DNA of 63,241 nucleotides, the filler included, from Stramenopiles sp. TOSAG23-6 (Eukaryota): NCBI GenBank assembly GCA_900128565.1. It is 4 parts of 4 records of this genome, joined end to end, with 100 filler letters (N's around TTAATTAATTAA, not from the genome) between each part and the next. Parts side by side here need not be neighbours in the genome. Positions count along the whole stretch, not along the records: positions 47,581 to 63,241 come from LT636108.1; 3 more parts are not named here. The stretch is one strand, 5' to 3'. The position numbers and the translations under genes were made by a program. The notes beneath the pieces were generated by a model. That model was not told the DNA's origin, made no database searches, and saw only the letters and a program-made list of their open reading frames with translations. Below, in pieces: positions 56,037 through 63,241 of the stretch (position 1 is its first letter; each line of letters opens with the position of its first letter).

Positions 56037-59000
56037 ATGGGAACTTCGGCATCGTCTCTATTACTCCGGGAGAACTTTGACCCAAAGATTCGACAGTGGA
56101 GTAAATTTGTGTCTTCAAACTCACTTAGAACTTCGAGTCTGAAAGAGAACTTAGGGCATTCTGGCACTGTCAATACATTGGATATATACGCATGTTTTAT
56201 TCTTTCTGGCTCAGATGATGCTACGGTAAGATTATGGGTCATCAGCAATAAAAGTTGTCTAAATATTTTATTGGGACATACTGGGCCAGTAACGAGTGTT
56301 CGATTTCACCCTGCTGGAGTTCTCTGTGTTAGTTGCTCCATGGATAAAACAATTCGTCTCTGGAATCCACACAAAAATGTACAGATGGGAGTCTGGACAG
56401 GGCATTCAATGGGTGTATTTGATTGTTCTTTTTCTCGTGGTGGTCAACTATTAGCTTCAGGTGGAACTGACGGTACGCTCATTATTTGGGACGCTCTATC
56501 TTTGTCAACAACGACCCCTTTACAACATCTACGAGGTCATACAGCATCTGTAAATTGCATTTCATTCAGCAAAGAAGATCATTCATGGGAATTATTATTA
56601 TCTGGTTCTAGTGATATGTCGTTGCGATTATGGAATTGTACTAGTGGCTATTGCTTACGTGTTTTCATAGGTCATGAATCTTCTGTAACTACATGTGAAA
56701 TTTCTAGTGATTCCTTTATTATTTCAAGTGATTCGTCAGGTATGGTTAAAGCGTGGGACCTCTCTGAAGGATTATGTTTACAGAGTTTTGATGATTTCGT
56801 AGAACCAAATAGTACTATGAATAATGACTGTATCCGTGGCATATGGTTTTATGATGATAGTGTCTATTTATATACAAANAATAATACAATTTATAAATGG
56901 ACTATAACTGCTAAATCTCCTGCGATAAAATTGATTAGTTCAGCTGATAATATACAATCCTGTACAACAGTACGTTTCATTGATTCCATGGGTTCCATGG
57001 TAATTGGTTATGAAGATGGTTCTATAAAAATATGGCAAATATTTGATCCTCAACATATTTCAAAATTAAGTAAAGTAGATCAAAATGATGCAAATCTAAA
57101 TCAAATGATAAACACTACTTATACATTAGAAGAAGATCTGAAAAGTATTCACAATGATCTATCTATTTATGATGCATATGACGATAATAATTTGCTATCT
57201 TCAAATGGAACAGAGTTATATATGACTTCATTGCAGAGGCGAAATGGTATTACCACTCATGACATAGCTACAGCATCGAAGAATATTCAGTCAAGTACAC
57301 ATAAAAAATGTAAAAAGAATTATAAAGTTTTATCAGAGTGTGTAGCAAAAATGATGATGAGACGAAAATCACGTCATCATAAAAATGAAGAAAGCACCCC
57401 AAATGATACAACAAATACTGCACTAGATAGTATTACAAAAAAAACAAATAGGGGTACAGTGTCGGGTGTTTCAGTTCAACTTGTAACAGAATTTTCGAGT
57501 GTGCAAGATGCACATTTAGAGGCAGCAAGAGCAGCAGAAGCTTCATTAATATTTTTATCGCGTCCAAGGGGAAACAAAGGAGTTCCTCATATTAAAGCTT
57601 GGACTTCTTCTTCATACAGAGATGATGGAATTGGTAAATTAGAAACTGCAAATCCCAAGGCTAGTATTGTTGCTTTTACAAAAGCTGTGAATGCGACAGT
57701 TGAAACATCAAATAAATCGAATAAAAACAAATCGATGCTAGAATCAAAACAGAATTCATTGAAACATCAAAAACGTAAATATATATGGCGTGGGTTAGCT
57801 GGTCTCAAAAGTTCACGGCTAAGATTAGGAATGGCAAAATTATCAGATTTGCCTGTGGAAGATGCAGATCGAATGAAAATCAATTCTTTTATTGACACAT
57901 CATTTAAAGATTCTACTTTTATGAAAAAAGACGAATTCCAAGAAAAGTGTTGGAAAGAATGGGTTGTTGTAGAAACCTCTATATCTCGAACAGTTGGTTA
58001 TTTTACACCTACAAGAAATGATACAGAAAAGAATAATAAATCTTCATATGCTTCAGAGAATTCTGAACCCTCTGTAAACATTAAATTAGAAATAGACAAA
58101 GAGTTCAATCGTAACAGTCGTATTTGGTGGTCAAGACCTTATCGATATGGTTTCACCTCATGGTTGAAAGAATTTTATGCCAATCAAAGGACTAATTTTC
58201 CAATTGGTAATCCTCGAGTGATTAATATTTTACATGCTTATAGTGGTCGTGAGGGTAGATTATTAGCGGTGTTGCATCGAAAGTATGACTTAATTGATGT
58301 TGCTCATCCAGAATCTGCTGCTGTAGTACGCCGTACAAAAATGTTCGAAAATGGTAGTAATTATTTAGGTTGTGTAGAGTCAAAAACTATACCTGATAAA
58401 GAGACTAAATCTAATAGCAACATTGATGAAAAATGTTGCAATGTAGAAAAAGAGACTAAAGAAGCATCTCCCATCAATAATGCATGGCCTAAAGATATTC
58501 TTCTTTGTCCTACTGTTGCTTCTCACAATATACCCGTTCCCGATTTATATATCATTATTGGAAGCTATATTTGGTTTCCCCCTCCAATAAACGAAACGTT
58601 TAGCGAAAGCTTGAAATCACTCATAAATGGTTGTCCAGCAGGAGAAATGACCCCAAAATATTCCAAAGTTCTTAAAAAAGTTGAAAATTCAGCAGCTAAA
58701 GTCGGTTATACATTAGATCATAAAAAAATGCTTGGATTTAGTGATTCCGAGTATTGGTATTGTATCCCATTTGTTGCAAAAGCATCTCGTGATGTAAAGA
58801 GTCTTCCAACAAATCCAAATACTTCAAATGAAATTAAGAATTTTCTGGGAACAGGGGCCGAGTCAAATAAGCATGAAACTGGATTGAAAAGACTTTTAAT
58901 TCCTTTTGAAAAAGACATGGAAAATTTATACAAAATACCAGTTCAATATACAGTTCTAGACTTGGGATCTCCGAAATCGAAAGTGATGGTATTTGTATCA

Positions 59001-61070
59001 ACAACAGAAAAATCACACGCTACTCTGGAACAAAATAATCAAAGAAAGTTTTTAGAAAATGTTGTAAAGGATATGAAAACGGAATCTTTGGTGGTTGATA
59101 GTTCTACAGTTATTTGCATTCAGAGATATTTCCGTGGTTATCGCTGTAGGATGACACGAAAACGAATTTTAAGTGCAGTTAAATGTATTCAGCGACACTT
59201 CCGTGGGCATCGCTGTAAGATTAAACATAAACGAGTTTTAAGTGCAATTATGTGCATCCAGCGACATATTCGAGGTCATCAGAGTCGATGGAATGTGAGT
59301 CGATTAAAAGCAGCACTTATTGAAGAGCAAATAGATTTTGGTCGGGCTATTGTATTTAGAAGGTCGAGACTAAATTATTCTAATGCATCACAAGAACAAT
59401 GTTCGGCTGTATATGCGCCAGCGGGTACCGTTGGACTAGTATTACCTTCGGTTGCAATCAACGCTGCAAAACAGAACAAAAATCAGAGTTGGGGTATTCA
59501 TGCATATGGACAGACTTCATATCGTTGGTTTGCTAATAATTTACGTCCAATTTGTTTTCGTACATTTTATAATGAGGATCTAACTCATAGTGAGAGACTT
59601 ACTTCTACTCGATCTCTTCGAGTGCGCACAGCGGTTGTCCATGGAAATAGTAGTAGTATTCGATCTACAATTACGTCTACTTCTACTGCAAGGGCTGCTG
59701 CCCCAACAGTGGCAGAAGCAAGTGCGGCCGCAACATTGGCAGCGGCATTAGGATCAGAGCCTACTGTAGACGAAATTCGAATTCTTGGTGAAGTTGCATC
59801 AATGCAATTAGTGAATGGTTTAGTAGCGCGAGGTAGAACTTTATTTCCTGTATCTGTTTCATTTCCAAGAGACACCGGGCATTTAGGAGGATTACACCAA
59901 CAACTTCCACAGCTTATCTCACGAGTGAATACAGTTGGAATCGGAGGTAGAAGAGATATCATTGTAGAAGAAAGCACACGAGTAACTACAGAAGATGCAA
60001 TTGAACGAACAGATTCTTCAGATTATGAGTACTATAGCGACTATACGGATGATGAAACAAACACTCAAGAAGAACTTTTGCATTCACATAACTTTTATGG
60101 CAGTCCGAATTATAAAACAACAGCAAACTCAATTATGACAGCTACAGCTCTTTCAGCAATAGATTACGGATGTTCTGTTCCAACTGCATATGTTGGTCGA
60201 AGACCTTACCCAAATAAAGTGCATACACGTGAGAATAGCCAATCTTTGCAAGATGGTGATAGAAATGCTAAACATCGTTCGCAAATAGGATCAACTGCAA
60301 ATCGACAACGTAAAATCGAAAATTTTTACAGAAATATTTTTGATATAAATTCACCAAAACCAAACAAAACAACAATAATTAATGAAAAATTTGTGCTTGG
60401 TTCAAAATTAATTAATACGGGAAAAGCTAATAAACAGAAAGAGAATAGCAATATGAAATGTACAATTCCTGGTAAAGACCAACATACGAACAATAGTTGT
60501 AATATAGATATACAAAATAAGTCAGGTAAGACTTGTAGTGGAAATATTTCTGAAAGTCTTGAATGTATTCGCGAGTGGCATAATTCTTCTTTAAATGTAA
60601 CACAACACGATATTTTAATGCAAAAATGTCACAATGCTAAATCTCGTGTGAGAATTCGTAATAAATCACCTGAAGAAACAGTTGGTGATATAATATGCGA
60701 AAGCAAGATAAAATCAGCAGAAACTGAAGTAGTCGCAAAGGATGAAATTACTGACTTTATAAAGGATCAGAAAATTATTGTATCAAAACGGGCTAATTTA
60801 ATTACAATGTTTCTTGGACGACATGGTGCCCGTGTGTATAGTCGCCAATTTGGCATTGATGAAGTAAATGTTGTCAAGAGTGTTTTAAAAGAAAATGCAA
60901 AACGAGCTGAAAAGAAAAAAAAACAGATGGAAAGTAAAAGTAAGGATATTGCAAAATATAATATTATTTTGAAACCTCAGGAGTTGAAGAATATCAAAAC
61001 TAGTAACAATAAAGTTGGAATAACAAAGGTTAAAAGTCTAAAACGAAGGAAAAGAGTTGAAGGGAAATAA
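56037..61070 (+). CDS. WD40-repeat + IQ-motif protein
   Basis: GH...WD repeats in first ~335 aa; three IQRxxRGxxxR motifs near 59110-59290. Confidence 0.8.
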   Translation: MGTSASSLLLRENFDPKIRQWSKFVSSNSLRTSSLKENLGHSGTVNTLDIYACFILSGSDDATVRLWVISNKSCLNILLGHTGPVTSVRFHPAGVLCVSCSMDKTIRLWNPHKNVQMGVWTGHSMGVFDCSFSRGGQLLASGGTDGTLIIWDALSLSTTTPLQHLRGHTASVNCISFSKEDHSWELLLSGSSDMSLRLWNCTSGYCLRVFIGHESSVTTCEISSDSFIISSDSSGMVKAWDLSEGLCLQSFDDFVEPNSTMNNDCIRGIWFYDDSVYLYTXNNTIYKWTITAKSPAIKLISSADNIQSCTTVRFIDSMGSMVIGYEDGSIKIWQIFDPQHISKLSKVDQNDANLNQMINTTYTLEEDLKSIHNDLSIYDAYDDNNLLSSNGTELYMTSLQRRNGITTHDIATASKNIQSSTHKKCKKNYKVLSECVAKMMMRRKSRHHKNEESTPNDTTNTALDSITKKTNRGTVSGVSVQLVTEFSSVQDAHLEAARAAEASLIFLSRPRGNKGVPHIKAWTSSSYRDDGIGKLETANPKASIVAFTKAVNATVETSNKSNKNKSMLESKQNSLKHQKRKYIWRGLAGLKSSRLRLGMAKLSDLPVEDADRMKINSFIDTSFKDSTFMKKDEFQEKCWKEWVVVETSISRTVGYFTPTRNDTEKNNKSSYASENSEPSVNIKLEIDKEFNRNSRIWWSRPYRYGFTSWLKEFYANQRTNFPIGNPRVINILHAYSGREGRLLAVLHRKYDLIDVAHPESAAVVRRTKMFENGSNYLGCVESKTIPDKETKSNSNIDEKCCNVEKETKEASPINNAWPKDILLCPTVASHNIPVPDLYIIIGSYIWFPPPINETFSESLKSLINGCPAGEMTPKYSKVLKKVENSAAKVGYTLDHKKMLGFSDSEYWYCIPFVAKASRDVKSLPTNPNTSNEIKNFLGTGAESNKHETGLKRLLIPFEKDMENLYKIPVQYTVLDLGSPKSKVMVFVSTTEKSHATLEQNNQRKFLENVVKDMKTESLVVDSSTVICIQRYFRGYRCRMTRKRILSAVKCIQRHFRGHRCKIKHKRVLSAIMCIQRHIRGHQSRWNVSRLKAALIEEQIDFGRAIVFRRSRLNYSNASQEQCSAVYAPAGTVGLVLPSVAINAAKQNKNQSWGIHAYGQTSYRWFANNLRPICFRTFYNEDLTHSERLTSTRSLRVRTAVVHGNSSSIRSTITSTSTARAAAPTVAEASAAATLAAALGSEPTVDEIRILGEVASMQLVNGLVARGRTLFPVSVSFPRDTGHLGGLHQQLPQLISRVNTVGIGGRRDIIVEESTRVTTEDAIERTDSSDYEYYSDYTDDETNTQEELLHSHNFYGSPNYKTTANSIMTATALSAIDYGCSVPTAYVGRRPYPNKVHTRENSQSLQDGDRNAKHRSQIGSTANRQRKIENFYRNIFDINSPKPNKTTIINEKFVLGSKLINTGKANKQKENSNMKCTIPGKDQHTNNSCNIDIQNKSGKTCSGNISESLECIREWHNSSLNVTQHDILMQKCHNAKSRVRIRNKSPEETVGDIICESKIKSAETEVVAKDEITDFIKDQKIIVSKRANLITMFLGRHGARVYSRQFGIDEVNVVKSVLKENAKRAEKKKKQMESKSKDIAKYNIILKPQELKNIKTSNNKVGITKVKSLKRRKRVEGK

Positions 61071-61121
61071 CTTTTACTTTTTATTGTGAAAACTTTTAAA
61101 TGTAATGAATAAAATAATACA

Positions 61122-63154
61122 TCATGGACTAGATGCATTTTGAATGGCTTTTTGTAGAGATTTTTCAACAAGCGGAATAATGGCTGGACTACAATGTGTT
61201 CCATCGCATTCATATTGCTGAGACAAAAACTCGACTTCATAATGACTCTCTTCTTCCTCTCCTAAATTACATTCGCCTATTTGAATAACATCTACAATAT
61301 CTGTAGCATAATCTAAAAGCCAAATTCTATTCAATGCTTTTCCAGTACCTAATATTTTGCGATCAATTAATAATGCTTTGCGTAATTCCATGTTAAATAA
61401 ACGGGTTATTTTAGCACGTTGAATTTCTTTTTCACTTGGTATTTTAGCCCTACAAACATTTTCTAACAATATATCTTTAGTCTGCCTTTTTAGTGTGGGA
61501 GGAGGCACCGGCATGAGAAAGAAGCGAATTTCCGGATATTTTTGAAGAGTTCGATGAATTCCTTCAAGGAAACTTTGTACTGTTTTCTGTACTGCTTCTT
61601 CAAATGATACATACTTTTTTTTACCTACTGCAGTAATGATCCCTTCTCTACAGTCTATTTCACCTACTGTGAGAATAATATCAATAATATTTCCAATATT
61701 TCGATTATTTGTAGTATGAATTTCATTTTCAAATAGTATTAGTCTTTCAATAGCACCAATAAAATTTGAAGTAGTGAGAAACTCAATTGGCGAGGAAACA
61801 CCTCGAAGATGCCAAGCTTTTAATCCAGTTATCAGATGTGGTATAAATACACACCTTTTCATATTATTTTCTCTTGTAGAAGAAGTTAATATATCTTTAC
61901 ATTGTCGCCATGCAAGACTTAGACAATGCGAATCTCCTAATACATGGACTTGACATGTAGATTTATGATAAATACTTTCTAATTCTAGATTGTCCGTCAT
62001 AATATCATTGTTATTCTTTATTTTTACAGGGCAAGGAAGGCCATATTTTGTTACAAGATTTTGTATGAAATGTTTATATCCCCAATGAGTCGGCAATTCT
62101 CGTCTTAAATCCTGTTGAACTTTTATTGGTAAATTTGAAATTTTCTTCAGTAATTTTGTAACACGTTGTAATTGAGTATTTTGAGTTCTATAAGGTGCAC
62201 AATAACATAATTTAAGCAATAATAAAAGTATAGCTAATTGATGTAAATTAGTACTTAAACCATCACTCTTATTTTTTCTAAAAGTAGAGGAATGTTTCGC
62301 TATATATTCACGAAATGAATCTAAAAGATTTATTGCAGAGTCATAGTTTCCAATATATTCAAAACATTGGGACATATTAAATACATGTGATGGTAAAGGT
62401 GTTTTTTGTATATTTGAAGAACAATTTAATGTATTAAACAGATGATGAATGGAAGGACATGTTTCAGTGTTTAGAATTGAATCATCAAAACAAGAAACGT
62501 TTTTAAGAATACTATCAATACTCTTTTCATTGGTATATAGACCACTTTTACGAATATTATCAATATTCTCTTCATTCAATGAAAGTTGTTGAATCTTAAT
62601 TGTTATTCGGTATGCATTTAATGCTTGAAGAAACAAACCATAATCTTTAAGTGTATTTGCAAGACCATGTATGATGAAAAAATATTTAAAAAAAAACTAA
62701 AATTTGTTAGGTACAAAATTTCGTATGAAAAAACATTGGACAAAAAATTGAAATGAAAACGTACATGAAACGCATCAATTAATTGTTGATGTTTTTGTTT
62801 CATTTGCTTCTTTTGCTCCTCTTTTGAATATTTTTGATTTTGAATGATTAAAACTAAATCTTGGTTTATAAGTGGAATCGATTTTTTATAGTAATCTATA
62901 GCTTTTGACCATTTTTGTTGACCATGATACACTTCAGCACATAATAATAATGCAAGTGATTTTGTAGCTGCAATTTCAATTTTATTTTCTGATTTTGAAT
63001 CTGAATCGCATAAATCAAGTGACTTATTTAAATAATCTAATGCATCACTGTACAATTTACGTTCTAAAAGCTTACCACCTACTACAAGAGAAGGCCAAGC
63101 ATCTGCGGGAGTACACAAAATTGGCCATAAAAATTGTTTCGCTTCCTGTATTGC
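61122..63154 (-). CDS. TPR-repeat protein with C-terminal SGNH/GDS-like domain, 5'-truncated (exons 63154-62765, 62666-61122)
   Basis: TPR-like YSDALDYLNKSL, WSKAIDYYKKSI; VLGDSH, GEIDCREG, DGTH. Confidence 0.7.
62667..62764 (-). mobile_element. Family intron I20, 98 nt, GT...AT
   Basis: tttcat|GTACGTTTT...CATACGAAATTTTGTACCTAAC...AAATATTTTTTCATCATACAT|ggtctt; in-frame AFHGLANTLK. Confidence 0.88.
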
Positions 63155-63241
63155 ATGTATTTTGGAAAAATATTTGAAAAAAACATTCGTTAGGTACAAA
63201 ATTTCGTACGAAAAAAAATTCAAATTTGAAAAAAAATAAAA
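63155..63241 (-). mobile_element. Family intron I21 (3' part), ends ...AT
   Basis: TTTCGTACGAAATTTTGTACCTAAC...AAATATTTTTCCAAAATACAT|gcaata. Confidence 0.88.

Noticed and set aside
1-63241. U12 (minor) AT-AC introns as the explanation
   Set aside because: No ATATCCTT donor or TCCTTAAC branch consensus, and shifted termini are not conserved. Not formally excluded without cDNA.
1-63241. Alternative genetic code, read-through or pseudogenes to explain split ORFs
   Set aside because: ORFs of 4047, 1791 and 1677 aa are open in the standard code, and breaks coincide with the intron family.

Overview
AT-rich, very compact eukaryotic (protist) nuclear DNA using the standard genetic code. The window is four contigs (1-15814, 15915-31668, 31769-47480, 47581-63241) joined by artificial 100-nt linkers (N44-TTAATTAATTAA-N44), so synteny across linkers is not real. 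It holds about 23 protein genes, including PRP31, PEX14 with a PUB domain, ACBP, MAK11/PAK1IP1, a SET methyltransferase, cyclin H, a P5A-ATPase, a DNAH1-like axonemal dynein, SCO1, a BIG/Sec7 ARF-GEF and a family II pyrophosphatase. The organism is flagellated; stramenopile affinity is only an inference. Main observation: almost all introns (20 copies, 15 with both ends visible) belong to one repeated family of mostly ~92-104 nt. Consensus is exon-WT|GTAYGTTTT...TTTCGTACGAAATTTTGTACCTAAC...AAATATTTTTCCAAAATAC-NN|exon. Copies are sense to the host gene and have a U2-like donor and branch point, but no AG acceptor. Reading-frame and homology constraints place the 3' end at AT, TT or AC, usually repeating the last two bases of the upstream exon (2-bp target-site duplication). 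This looks like a recently expanded introner family producing GT-AT/GT-TT non-canonical introns alongside rare canonical GT-AG introns. Second theme: TTAGGG telomeric repeats occur in intergenic promoter regions and as in-frame insertions flanked by direct repeats inside exons.
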